DNA from: Octopus bimaculoides
Taxonomy: Eukaryota
Assembly: GCF_001194135.2 (NCBI RefSeq)
Contig: NC_068983.1
Coordinates: 113,805,010-113,851,654 of the forward strand
Direction: 5' to 3'
Length of the DNA stretch: 46,645 nucleotides
Part shown: positions 23,820-36,869 of the stretch, in pieces
Position numbering within the stretch: the first letter of the stretch is position 1
Layout: each line of letters opens with the position of its first letter
The notes under the pieces: generated by a model
Told to the model about the DNA's origin: nothing
The model's database searches: none
What the model saw: the letters and a program-made list of their open reading frames with translations, nothing else
Translations under genes and position numbers: made by a program

Positions 23820-24200
23820 CTTGACGTTTCGGATGTTTGTCCTTCTCCAAAAGAAAAGGAGATGAAGCAAAAGTTTTGCTCAACGACTATAAGCCATGGG
23901 TGATGTAGTTTTATGAGGAAGGTGAAGTGTGTAGATCCATCTACTAGAATAGGTGTGTGTGCTAGGAAGCAGAGATATGAGGGAATAAATTGTAAATGTG
24001 AATTCGGTGGCGTGTATATATATGTATAGACATGTGTATGAGTAAATTTGGTGGCATTGGTTAATATGTTTGAGGCTACTGTTCGTGTATAAGTGAGTGA
24101 AAAATTATGTGGGTGTATGGGACTAAATGTGTTGAGGAAGTGATGTAGAATGATGCGAAGAAGTTGAAAGTGTGTACAGTGTGAATGGTGTTATTTGCGC
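23820..24200 (-). mobile_element. Possible Penelope-like 3'-terminal remnant
   Basis: Minus strand shows a WIYTL...SP.G-like decayed GIY-YIG C-terminus and terminal gagaaggacaaacatccgaaacgtc. Very degraded. Confidence 0.3.
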
Positions 24201-24246
24201 GCGTGTGTGTGTGTATGTGAAAGCAACAGCCAACTATTATTATATA

Positions 24247-24540
24247 CTGGCTGACCCTGTGCCGTCAAAAATGACGACTAACTGTAGTATTGTATAAATA
24301 AATAAGGTACAAAATAAGGTGCATAATAATCACAGATACAAACATTCACATACTTCCCTTGTACATGCACACACATATACACATAAACTCAAACAGAGTT
24401 GAAATGCTGTTTGATTTTTTTTCAGCGTTGAGTGTTCACCATCTCATTTTCATTGCACACACACACACACGCACGCACACACACACAAACAAACAGACAA
24501 ATAAACAAACAAACATTCACACACCTTTTATATACACATA
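24247..24540 (-). mobile_element. Possible second non-autonomous Helitron
   Basis: Minus-strand end reads gtcgtcatttttgacggc (hairpin), acagggtcag, then CCAG|T (CTAG variant). Confidence 0.35.
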
Positions 24541-25666
24541 CATATACTCACATAGAGTTTAAACGCTGATTTTTTTTCACCCCTTCTTTCGATATTCATC
24601 TATCACCCCTTCCTTTCTCATTCATATGTTGTGACGGAGAAAAATTGAAGACACACGACGTGCTCTTTGCCATCTCCTTTCTCCCATTGCTATTATTTTC
24701 TCTCATTCTCTCTCAGTCAGAGCATTTTACTCTCACTACATCTCCTTCACTGAATTACTATTTTCTCTCCTCTCCCTTCACTTATACTACTCTTTCTCCT
24801 TCCTACTCCGTCCTACTGCTCTATGATTTTGGACAAATATATATANNNNNNNNNNNNNNNNNNNNNNNNNNNNNNNNNNNNNNNNNNNNNNNNNNNNNNN
24901 NNNNNNNNNNNNNNNNNNNNNNNNNNNNNNNNNNNNNNNNNNNNTATATATATATATATATATATATATACATACATACATACATACATACATACATACA
25001 TACATACATACATACATACATGCATACATACATACATACAAATATATAAAAGCACTACGCTCATTATTATATTAGATGTGAGTGGCTCTAAGTTGCCGTA
25101 TGATCGACGATGGTTAGTAGTCAAGCCGTACGTGAGTACCAAGTATTAAATACCAAGAAAGAGAACTCTGAAATGATGGAGTCCTAAAATGTTTAACGCC
25201 TGTTGCCTAAAGCGAGTATTCATTCTGCGGCAAACCGCTGTGAAAATAGTCTTTTTACAGATCAAATATGTCCCAAATACTCTTGAACTGATCTAAAGAT
25301 TTGTTTAATTCACAACACTTCTTTCACGGGGCGTCTACATATTTTGTACCAGCCTGGTGGCATCGCACGTAAGATTGTTTCTACTGATTTTATATAAGGA
25401 AGCTATGACTTCTAGAATCATTTCAGGGTTGTCTTTCGTGGTACCGAGGCTAATGATAACCAAATGGCTTGAAATGCATTCATTGCTCCACAGAGAATGC
25501 CCTGAAATGACTGTTGGTGTTTTAACATCTAATACCAAAGGTGAGAATTTTCTCCACAGCCAACCACAGAAAAAGGGTTTTTTGCAGGTCAAATATGTTC
25601 TAAATTGAACTAAAAATCTTACTTAATTCACAACACTGCTCTCACGTACCTATTAAATATATACAT

Positions 25667-25727
<61 letters not shown>

Positions 25728-25795
25728 GGGAGTGCATGTGTGTGTGTGTGTGTGTGTGTGTGTTCTTTCTAATTTTGTCACAAAGCCAGTGAATA

Positions 25796-26707
25796 TTGAG
25801 TCATCCCATAAGTAATGTTGTTTTTTCAAATGCATGAACTAAAAGTCGGAGAGAGAAGGGATACACTACCTGCATCAACTTGCTATAAAAGCCGGTAGTG
25901 ATTTTACTTAGTCTTATTCTTAGTACAAGTTTTGAAGAGTGCAGTTCGATTTCAACAGTTATTTTTCAAAGCTATAATGTAAGTGACAAAGGAGCATATT
26001 CAGTATATTTTGCTTTATGAGTTCAATAAAGGCAACAACGCAACGGAAAGTTCGAAGAATATTAATGCAGTATATGGGGATTGGACAATAAGCGTAAGCC
26101 AGTGTCAATGGGAATTCTAGAAATTCCGAGCCGAAAACTACAGCCTAGAAGACGAGCTTCGTCCTGCAAGATCTGAAGACGTCCAGCAAACCCTGGTGGA
26201 ACAAAATCCCAGCGTAATTGTTGAGGAACTAGCAGAGGAGCTTGGATTTAGTCATTCAACGAGTCATTTAAGTCAGCGCTAGAAGAAAAACGACCATTTT
26301 TGGTTTCAAGACAGAAGTTGTTCTTCCATCAGGATAATGCTCGGCCATATACAGCGGGGATGACATTCCAAAGGCTGGAGCAGTTTGAATGGGAAACGAT
26401 GCCCCACTCACCATATTCGCCGGACATTGCCCCATCTAATTATCATTTACTCTGTAGTCTTCAAAATCATTTGGACGGAAAAAATATGAATTTTGTAGAC
26501 GAGATCAGAACAGTAGTGGAAGAGTATTTTTTGTCACGGACAAGTGATTTTTGGAAGAGGGGCCTTGCAAGTCTACTAGATAGATGGAAGAGCATTGTAG
26601 AAAATGAAGGAGAGTATATTTTAGATTAAAAAAGGACTCTGTTTATCTTAATTTTGAAAAATAAAAGAAGTATAAGAAAAAACTGCATTATTTATGGGAT
26701 GACCCAA
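25796..26707 (+). mobile_element. Mariner transposon, internally deleted (912 bp), both TIRs and TA TSDs present
   Basis: Left TA-ttgagtcatcccataagtaatg and right cattatttatgggatgacccaa-TA. N-terminal YEFNKGNNATESSKNINAVYGD and C-terminal HQDNARPYTA...PYSPDIAPSNYHL...WKSIVENEGEYILD. The first catalytic D region is missing. Confidence 0.93.
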
Positions 26708-26986
26708 TATATAATCAGGCAAAGCTTCAGGCATATTGTATGCTCATTTGAAAAACTTCGATTAATAGGAGTGTTCTTGCAATTAGAATATAAAAATTCC
26801 CCTCGAAGGAAGTGATTAAAATTTCAAAATACAAGGAACATAGCTCTAATATCAGCTAATCCAAATTTTCGATAAATTAAATCTTTTAAGTCAGCTGATG
26901 AAAGCAAACGGAGCTGATTCAAACTGTTGGCACTCCACAGTGAAGCATATACAAATCATAGGAAAGCAGATCGATGGAGTGTTTAT

Positions 26987-27041
<55 letters not shown>

Positions 27042-27079
27042 CAGCAGCAGCAGCAGCAGCCAGCAGGAGGAGGAGGAGG
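26987..27079. repeat. Compound microsatellite (TAG)n-(CAG)n-(GAG)n
   Basis: Seen directly; explains the poly-V/L/Y ORFs at 26891-27211. Confidence 0.95.
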
Positions 27080-27329
27080 GCGTGCACTGTAACAGCGCCT
27101 CACTGCAGCAACAATTTGCTGGATTTCCTACTCCTGGCGGATGACACCTTTTCACCGCTCAGGTTACTACCCTCCAGCCCATGGGTCTGTTTGGGTAGTC
27201 GTTGCTGGTGAGGTTTTTACGAGGTCGGAGTACACAATCGTACCTCAACCTCCTCTAGTTGCCTTTTGCTATATGCAGAGGAAATGTTGGGTCAATTCTT
27301 TGATATGCCGGTTTCCACACAGTACTATA

Positions 27330-27430
27330 GCAACATGAAATGAAGTGTTTTGCTCAAGAGTCCAACATGCCATTCATTCAGAGAATTGAACGCATGATCT
27401 AGCGATCGTGCGTGCAACTCCCTAACTACG
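27330..27430 (-). mobile_element. Degenerate SINE (CORE-like) fragment
   Basis: The reverse complement of tgaaatgaagtgttttgctcaagag...gagaattgaac matches the SINE at 17125. Confidence 0.5.
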
Positions 27431-28201
27431 CGCTTTTATGGCGGAAGCAGTAAAACTGTTGCTAGTGATACTAGTACTTCTGATATATGTACGTATCTTT
27501 TCTGTTGTACCTATGTTATGTATTGAAATCACGTTACTATGGTGATATATAAAAGTAATATCAATAATCTCTCATGTACACCTTTCAATTATGAAGACAG
27601 ATTTTGCTTAACAATATTCTATTTCTGATAGATATTTCGGTTTCTGTGATACCATAATATTCTGAACTCTACTTGTGTACATGTGTGTATGTGTTTATGT
27701 GAAACTGTTAGCTTGTATTTGTACGTAGGTATATGTGTGTTCCATGCCAGCTACTGCAGCACTTCGAGCGTATACTCTTTAACTAAGTTAAATATATATA
27801 CATTTTCACCATACTAATACCGAAATAACGATTTCTAAAGGAAGTAACTTGAAAATACTATTTAAATTTAACTTGAAATTTACAGTGATTTTGTATAGCA
27901 TCTATCAAAATAAAAGTCAGTTTCCTGTCACTACTATTAATTAAGGCACGTATTCAAGTAAACATTATTATGATATAACGCCTAACATAAGATGCATGCG
28001 AAAATGCTCTGACCAAAATTTATGCTGAAAGAAAAAGTTCAATATTTTATCGTGGAGATTAACTGCTTCTTGGTTTGAGGCCACTTTCTGGCTCTTGGGT
28101 GCCTTTAACGGAATTCGCTCATTTGCAAGCATTAGAGCCAGGTCTTCAATTTGAGGATACTTTCCTCTCTTCCCTCTTCTTACCAATATCAGTGGGTTAG
28201 T

Positions 28202-28563
28202 AAAAAGTCATGGGCACTGCCATCTCTTAGTTAAAAGATATTAAAGTACAAAATCTAAAAGATTCTATTAACCTGTTTGACTCAATCCATTTATCAATCG
28301 ACCAAAATTCCTGCACTGTCCCTCGTCTTTTGTAAACGAAGCCCTATTCTTAAATGTTGATCTGTGTCTTTCCGAGTTCACCCTGTTGCAAGAGCTACAT
28401 CGTCGATTTGAAAGCAATTTCCTCCTTCATCAAACTGTCGAAGGCCCTGTCAAGGATCATAGGCACTACATTTTCCTGACTAGAAGATAGAAGAAGACTA
28501 AATATAGAGGATGTCATTAACTTCTTTGATTCAATCCATTTACGAATTGATCGAAATTCTTGC
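28202..28563. other. In-frame duplicated module of about 110 bp (period 249 bp) within a decayed ORF-like region
   Basis: 28202-28314 vs 28451-28563: I count 34 differences in 111 bp with no indels. The coding strand is ambiguous. Confidence 0.6.
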
Positions 28564-31500
28564 AATGATATTAAATTTTTTAAAGCCCTCGCAGATTCCA
28601 TTTCTAAATGATGCAGTAATTTCCGTTACTCTGGCGGAACTCTAAGGAATATTGGCAAACTTTTTTTGTACTAGGATAATCAATACCTTCAAGAAGTTCC
28701 CTCGCCCCTGTTTAGTCTTTAATTTTTGAATCAATTTGTCCAAATTTTCAAGGAATTTTCCAGCGATTAGCGTCATGAAATCTTAAAAATATTTTCTCAT
28801 CAGTTATTACGCGTAGTAACTTCCAGTTTTTCTTATCTTTTTGCATGTTATTAGTTCATTCGAGCATATCCCGTTTAACATTACTGAAAATAATCTGCTT
28901 TTAGGTGAATAATGGCTTGTTGAAGGCATATATTTAAAAAGTTAGATGTGCCGATAAATTAACCAACGTAAACTTTACGCAACAAGAGAAATACTAATTT
29001 AAGAAACTTGTAACATTTGGATGCGTGTAAACTGATGTGATTTAATGGAAGATAGAAACATCTATGGGCTTTGACATTTATAATAAAGGATTCGCTGAAT
29101 GATAAAATGGACTACATAAAGCTATTTGCAACTTCATAGAATAGGAAAATATGTGAATTTAGTAGAAAGACGTTAATTCAGGGATTTATTGATTATTTCA
29201 TTAGCCTTCAAAATTTCCTTTAATCTTCCAGAGCCAACACGCATCTATAACATTACCAACACAGCGAGACATAGGTTAAGCTTGTTGTTCGGGGCAAGAA
29301 AAGATTTCACCATCATTAATAGTTAACCTCTGACAAGACATGTTGGTGACACGCAGTATAACATATTTGGAACGGTATTGCTACTTTTATGTATAAACAC
29401 ATATCAAAAACAATACATAAAACGATAATAAACCATCATGTCCCCAGAGAACATTGAGAATCAAAACAATGACGCATTTTTTCATCCCCGATACGTTACA
29501 CTACATTCAAATGGGAATATGCTCCTTGCTGTTATATTTCGTCTTCAGAGAATAACCTCTCCTTTTGTCCTTCCACGCGACGTGTGTTTGCAACACACTC
29601 CATTCGGTGAGGCAACAGGATTTTCAAATGTTCCTGTGTGTAAACATAAAATCATTTATTAAAAATGCATTGAAGAACTCACTTTAAAACTTTAAAAGAT
29701 GAATGAATGCAAAACTGGTTAGTAAAATGTGGTTTTCTTTCCCCGGCAAAACCTCATTTGGTTACAACATACTCTAAAACTATTTTATTCGAAAACCTTT
29801 CAGTAAAATGTGATTATCCCTCTCTCTTTCTCATTCTCTCTCACTTCCTCTCTCTCACTCTTTCTCTCTCACTCTCTCTTTCTCACTTTCTCTCTTTCAC
29901 TCTCTCTTTCTCTCACTCTTTGTGTGTGNNNNNNNNNNNNNNNNNNNNNNNNNNNNNNNNNNNNNNNNNNNNNNNNNNNNNNNNNNNNNNNNNNNNNNNN
30001 NNNNNNNNNNNNNNNNNNNNNNNNNNNNNNNNNNNNNNNNNNNNNNNNNNNNNNNNNNNNNNNNNNNNNNNNNNNNNNNNNNNNNNNNNNNNNNNNNNNN
30101 NNNNNNNNNNNNNNNNNNNNNNNNNNNNNNNNNNNNNNNNNNNNNNNNNNNNNNNNNNNNNNNNNNNNNNNNNNNNNNNNNNNNNNNNNNNNNNNNNNNN
30201 NNNNNNNNNNNNNNNNNNNNNNNNNNNNNNNNNNNNNNNNNNNNNNNNNNNNNNNNNNNNNNNNNNNNNNNNNNNNNNNNNNNNNNNNNNNNNNNNNNNN
30301 NNNNNNNNNNNNNNNNNNNNNNNNNNNNNNNNNNNNNNNNNNNNNNNNNNNNNNNNNNNNNNNNNNNNNNNNNNNNNNNNNNNNNNNNNNNNNNNNNNNN
30401 NNNNNNNNNNNNNNNNNNNNNNNNNNNNNNNNNNNNNNNNNNNNNNNNNNNNNNNNNNNNNNNNNNNNNNNNNNNNATGTATGTGTATGTGTATATATGT
30501 ATAGGTATAATGATGGATAAGCGTATATGCGTGTATACTTTGAGATATGTATATTTGTGAGTGTGTGTGAGTGTCAATATGATTGTATGTACTTGTATAT
30601 ATATGTATAAGCAAGGTTATATATGTGCATATATGTATCTAAGACGTTGTATCAATTCACCGTTAGACGATGGTGAGAGGGACAAACGCACACACACACA
30701 CATATATGTGTGTGTGTGTTTACATATGTGTATATGCATATGTATATGTGTGCGTATATACAACCTTCAACAAAGTAACAGTCATGTATACAACTTGAAC
30801 TGACGCACATATCAGTACATAAACATACGTTCACATGTACACGCACATACATACATACATACATATACACGTACGTATATATCATGAACTAACTGTTACT
30901 TTCTCAAATGCAGCACAGAACTTTGTCAGTGAACAGGTCGCGGTCTCAAAGCGACGAAAATATTTTGACAAATTAAATTTAAATGTTGAAGTGAATCTAA
31001 CGGATTTTGTGTGTTATTTTAAATGGCTTATAAACACCTTCCACGCTGCAATTATATATATATATATATNNNNNNNNNNNNNNNNNNNNNNNNNNNNNNN
31101 NNNNNNNNNNNNNNNNNNNNNNNNNNNNNNNNNNNNNNNNNNNNNNNNNNNNNNNNNNNNNNNNNNNNNNNNNNNNNNNNNNNNNNNNNNNNNNNNNNNN
31201 NNNNNNNNNNNNNNNNNNNNNNNNNNNNNNNNNNNNNNNNNNNNNNNNNNNNNNNNNNNNNNNNNNNNNNNNNNNNNNNNNNNNNNNNNNNNNNNNNNNN
31301 NNNNNNNNNNNNNNNNNNNNNNNNNNNNNNNNNNNNNNNNNNNNNNNNNNNNNNNNNNNNNNNNNNNNNNNNNNNNNNNNNNNNNNNNNNNNNNNNNNNN
31401 NNNNNNNNNNNNNNNNNNNNNNNNNNNNNNNNNNNNNNNNNNNNNNNNNNNNNNNNNNNNNNNNNNNNNNNNNNNNNNNNNNNNNNNNNNNNNNNNNNNN

Positions 31501-32006
31501 NNNNNNNNNNNNNNNNNNNNNNNNNNNNNNNNNNNNNNNNNNNNNNNNNNNNNNNNNNNNNNNNNNNNNNNNNNNNNNNNNNNNNNNNNNNNNNNNNNNN
31601 NNNNNNNNNNNNNNNNNNNNNNNNNNNNNNNNNNNNNNNNNNNNNNNNNNNNNNNNNNNNNNNTTGATGAAATGAAATTGATATTTTGTTCAGTCTGAAC
31701 CGGAGATGTTTTCAATTGATCATACTAATATTTACAAAAACACACTTCAAAAACATTTCTAAAATTCTTCGAATGAGAGAGAATGAAATAAATAAAGACG
31801 CACTAAAGTCAAACTTCGCGACGGGTTTCCATTCTTCATTTCCCCTCTCCCGGTTTGAATCTTGTTCTCGCCTTCACCCACTTAATTTTCCACTTTTCAA
31901 TCTCTTGCTCAAATTGAGTTCCTCACTTGTAATCTTTGGTTTCTATCTCATTTAGTTTCTGTTTACACGCTATCTGTCTCCCCTTTTCTCTCTGTCTCTT
32001 CCTCTT

Positions 32007-32043
<37 letters not shown>

Positions 32044-32529
32044 TTCTCTCACTCACTCACTCACTCACTCACTGTCTACTTCTTTACCTGTCTTCTCTTG
32101 TTCTCCCTGTTCAGTTGTCCCTATCTATAAATCACTTTTATCCTCATCGCACTTTCATTTTCATTTCCTTCCTTTTAGCAATATCTGTCACTTGTGCCAA
32201 CAGTTCAACACTCAATCTTGAGCGATCTCTCTTCCTTTTCACTCTATATCTCTGGCCTTTTATCATATTCGAATATTGAGACAGAAAATAAATATAAGCG
32301 AACACGCGTTGCTTATTACCATACTGGTTATATAAACACATATATTTTAATAAGAATTTGACTCAGCTCCATATGGCTTAATGTTTTCTGGGCGCGTAGA
32401 ACGGACCCAGATTAACAGAAATCGGGAGGAGAGTAATGCATTTGAGACAAATTCAAGCTGGTATATGCTGAGTGCCGCTTTCTTTCATTTATCCACTCAC
32501 TCGTATGTGTGGCTGTCTGTCTTATATAT

Positions 32530-33530
32530 ATTATGGATAGGTTTCTAAGAAACATAACTGATGAGAGGCATGGTTCCACAGCTCATTGTCGGATTCTCTG
32601 CTGTATTACTGGAAACGAAAACAGGTATTCAGCACTGTACTTAGTATGTAACAATAAAATGAGAAACGGATCAGTGCTTCCTGACAAGTCGAAAAGTCAT
32701 TTCAATACTAAACACGTCTATCTTCAAAGAAAAGATTGAAATTATTTTAGAAGACTTTTTAGGCAAAGCAAGCAATTATATTTACATGTGTACTCACAGT
32801 TTCAGACAATGACTCAAAAAATATCTGAACTGGCTGCACTAAGAATGCCATCTCGTCCTTTGGCGGAATCACTTACTTGCCTACATGAGAAAGACTGTAA
32901 AACAATGCGAGCAGAACAAGAAATAAGTAAAATTCCTCTCTTAAATTATTCAGTTGGTGAATTTTAGAATTTTCTGCTAACATCAAGGAAAATATATGCT
33001 GTGGTAAGCTTTAACATTTAAATGTTGCCTTGCGAGTTGAAATGTCAACAGACATTGCCAACAAAGCATGGTTATTAACATTCATTCGTTTTCTTGATGA
33101 AGATCAAAGAATAAATCGAATTCTTTTTTTCCTTTTGCAAAGAAATGCCAAGCACAGCAAAAAACGATGACGTTTTTTATATACTAAGTAAATGTCTTGA
33201 AAACTGAGAATTATCTATGGAAATCATGTGACTTTATTTGTACCGGTGGAGAATTTCTATAATAATCTGTACGAAAGCCTTATATTACTTATAAAACCCA
33301 AATTATTATATAACAACTCATTACTTTTTAGATAGATACCTTGATTACGAAATCATTGGTGGCTGAATTTAAACAAATTTTAGATCAAATCGTCGAAGTG
33401 ATAAATTATATTACAAATAAACTGTTAAAGACTTGTTTGTTTCAGCAAATTTGTATTGACATAGATTTATAGCACTGACTCTTGCATTTTCGCTCCGAAG
33501 TGAGGTGGCTTTCGGGAAGAGGGATACTCT
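32530..33530 (+). mobile_element. hAT transposase fossil, Charlie/Buster (ZBED5/SCAND3-like) type
   Basis: MDRFLR...YLVCNNKMRNGSVLPDKSKSHFNTKH (BED-finger-like), AEQEISKIPLLNYSV, FALRVEMSTDIANKAWLLTFIRF...FCKEMPST, and KSLVAEFKQILDQIVEVINYI...LFQQIC...SEVRWLSGRGIL. Many stops. Confidence 0.85.
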
Positions 33531-34089
33531 GCCAATACTTAATATTTAAACTCTGAAAAGATGAAAGTTCAGAATTCAAATCAGAAACACAGAATTTTGG
33601 AAAATATCATACTGAATATTTTATCCACTACAAAGGCGTGTTGAATTCCAAACTACTATTTTAATCGTAGAAAATGTTATACCAATTCATTTATGTCATG
33701 TACATGAAAATCTACATGTATATCAAAGTGCTCAACTATCAGTTACTAAAATACAGACATTAAATCACAGTATATTAATTTGTTATTTGATTGTGTTGCA
33801 ATGAATGAGCCTGAAACCACGTGTTTTAAAAGTGCATGCCCAAGTGTGTACATTTTTAAACGATTAAAATAGGTATTTCCTATAAACTACATACACGTTA
33901 CATGATATATATAAGTGGAGTCATGCATTATGAAACCTACCACCACCTGTCTAACTTATTTTTTAAGAAAATATATTCATGAGTATAAAACTCAAAACAT
34001 TCATTATTTCTTTTTAATTTGCAGACAGCTCTAACTTACCATATTTCCCTGTAGAAAACTGACGGCAACTTTTTCATTTTTAATATTTA

Positions 34090-34322
34090 TTTGCGTCTCT
34101 AAAGGGTATGTCACAATCACCAAATGGCAATTGAGAAGAACTTCATATGAGAAACAAAGATAATTGCAAGAATCATGTACATATCTATCTATCTGGAAAA
34201 ATGCAGCGACGGAAAATTCTAAATTTTTCCTTTTCACAAATGTGCACGGGACGATCAGCAATACCAAAAAGCAATGGAACTACATTTCATCAAAAAATTC
34301 ACTCCAAAATTGAATGTTTGAA
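34090..34322 (+). mobile_element. Penelope-like GIY-YIG C-terminal fragment
   Basis: TKWQLRR...EKCSDGKF*IFPFHKC...KAMELHFIKKFTPKLNV*, similar to the SKHLD...KFLIFPLY segment at 1385-1450. Confidence 0.6.
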
Positions 34323-35160
34323 AGAAAAGTGGAGACAGTACATTTTGTATTCTAAATGTGACTCAAAAGAAAGAAAGAGGAAAAAAGAAGGAAAAAGAGG
34401 AAAAAGAAAAAAGGAAGAAAAGCAAAAAGAAAGAAGGGAAGAAGGGGAAAAGAGAGAAAGAAAACAAAGACTTTCAGTGATGACCACACCACACCTGTTT
34501 TGTTTTGTTTTTCTTGAAGAGGTCGCCATCCTTAAACTCATTCCAATACAATAGTAAATGTCTAAATGAATAAATGAAAGGTAAATATGAAGCGGAATAA
34601 ACAAGCATAACATGTGGTATCGCGATAGACCACTTAATTTATAATTCAAATATAACTGAAAAGTAGTTATAGTAAATAAGGGATTAAGAAATAATGCGTA
34701 AGATCTCTTACAGCTGTTTCTAAGATGACTGAGCTTGTGCAGCATATGTCATTGAACAAAGATTTCCACGTAAGCCAAATATTCCGTCTTTGGAGAGAAA
34801 AAATTAAGAAATATCCTTAATAAATGATATTGGTAGTTACCACTTCATCGAAGAATTAAGGACCATTCTTAATGAAAGATAATAATGGTTAGCAGTTCCA
34901 TGATCGTACTCTGCAATTATGTTTGAATTATAAATTAAATGCTTTTAGTGATACCACATATTATGCTTGTTCATTCTCTCGTAATATATATCAACCTGCT
35001 CAGTGATGAACCACTTATATCCATCTTTGCTAGGCAGCTTCAACATACCATTGTTTTAGCTATAGTTCAAACCATAGTTTTAGTGGTAAACCACCCAGAG
35101 CACTTACAGTACATAACTCTTATCTCACGTCATTAACCGGGATTTTTTTATGTACTCTAC

Positions 35161-35210
<50 letters not shown>

Positions 35211-35669
35211 ACACTTAATATACATATGTGAATTTGAGTGTATATATGTGTGTGTTTGTGTGTCTAACCAAAATTTTTGATGTAACATTCCAACACCAAT
35301 CTTCTGTTAGCTGATCATGATGATATTTTTTCCTTCAACACATTCTCATTATCAAACCGTTCTTAAACTATCATACTATTACATACGTACTGCTAATTTT
35401 CTCTCTTTCTATTTGTCTTTTTTTTTTACCTGACAGTCTGTCGGTGTCTCTCTTTGTATACCTATGTTTGTGTACACACAGACACACACGCAGAGGCAGA
35501 AATTGAGAGATGAGAAGTAGAAAGTCCGTATAACTTAGTAAGATGTTTCAAGACTGGTATGACCAGAAGGGTAATACCATTCTTGGTATAACCCTTGTGA
35601 GTTATACCAAGTCACTGAAGATTGTCGCAAGTATGTTACATTTATTTCAATTTTTTGCCACTTGACCAG

Positions 35670-35830
35670 CAATTTCGGAGATAAGACGATTACATCGTTC
35701 TCAGTGCTCGACTAGTACTTATTTTTTCGACCCCGAAAGGATAAAAGGCAAAGCCTCAGTGGAAGTTGAATTCAGAGCGTAAAACTGAACGAAATGCCGC
35801 TAAGCTGCCCGGCAAGCTAATAATTCTGCC
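35670..35830 (-). mobile_element. Family-2 tRNA-derived SINE, diverged
   Basis: cgaccccgaaaggataaaaggcaaag...gaattcagagcgtaa...gaaatgccgctaagc is the reverse complement of the core at 41968-42194. Confidence 0.7.
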
Positions 35831-36349
35831 AGTTCTCTGTCTTATAGTAATATTATATTAACAATTTTGGTTATTGACATAATCAACAGTAGTACTGAAA
35901 TATCTAATGTTTGTGAGATATTGTTATATATGATGGCATATATTGAACAGCTGTCAAAATATTTAGCTCATATTTCACAGCTAATAATATTAATTACATC
36001 TTTTGATGTGCACTATATTAAGATTATGTATTATTAAATACTCAATTTATTAAAAGATGGGTTTGATCGTTTAGATTATTGATTGGTAAGGTTGGGTATT
36101 CAGTCCGTTTATTGTTATCATTCATTTATTATTATAATTAAGCTCTTCTATTTCAATAACTGAACGGCAACATCTCTTGCATTACTAAAAAAGATATTGT
36201 CGTGGACTCTCTTGTCGAAGATGACAGATAAAGGCTCTACAATTTCTTGCTGAACAAGCTGCCCAGGCGATTTGTTTAGGGTGCAAATGCTTGTGTTAAG
36301 CATTAGCTCACTCCATCCATCAAATCGGCATTACTTGCATGGATGCACG

Positions 36350-36495
36350 GTGTACCTCACGCCAGATGTTGAAGTGATCGCAGAGAGATCGTATGATGAA
36401 GTGGTTTTCAAGAATACAACGTACCACCCGCTCTGGAAATAGAAACCACGATTTCGCGATCGTAAGTGCAACACCCTATCCTCTAGCCTACGCAA
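36350..36495 (-). mobile_element. Degenerate SINE (CORE-like) fragment
   Basis: Contains a reverse-oriented tRNA-like head, gaaatagaaaccacgatttcgcgatcgtaagtgcaacacccta. Confidence 0.45.
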
Positions 36496-36765
36496 CTTCA
36501 TTCTTAAAAAGATATATTTCGATATACTTAAAAGGTTATTCTTCGAAGTAGATTAACAAATTTTCCCAAGAAATGGGGACATGATGAGGATACGTTTCAT
36601 TTTGCAATGCTGATGCTGCAATATCTCATGGCTTTCACTTAGAAGAAAAATGAAGGTCACCCTTCTAACTTCTCTACCGCGATTTATGCAAAATCCAAAT
36701 CTTCAATGGTATCCCATCATCATACTTTCATATGTATGTATGTGTATTTACTTGGTTGTATATAA

Positions 36766-36832
<67 letters not shown>

Positions 36833-36869
36833 CGTCCGTGCGTGCGTGCGTGCGTGCGTGCGTGCTGGT

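Noticed and set aside
23823-23850. Minimal hammerhead-like motif on the minus strand (ttggagaaggacaaacatccgaaacgtc), and a similar one near 39525-39545
   Set aside because: The CUGANGA core has mismatches and stems I and III cannot be formed; at best a dead Penelope-type relic.
29232-29607. Plus-strand splice-like sites defining possible small exons (about 29232-29274 and 29551-29607), and a strong acceptor at about 20933
   Set aside because: No recognisable peptide or consistent chain of exons; such sites arise often by chance.
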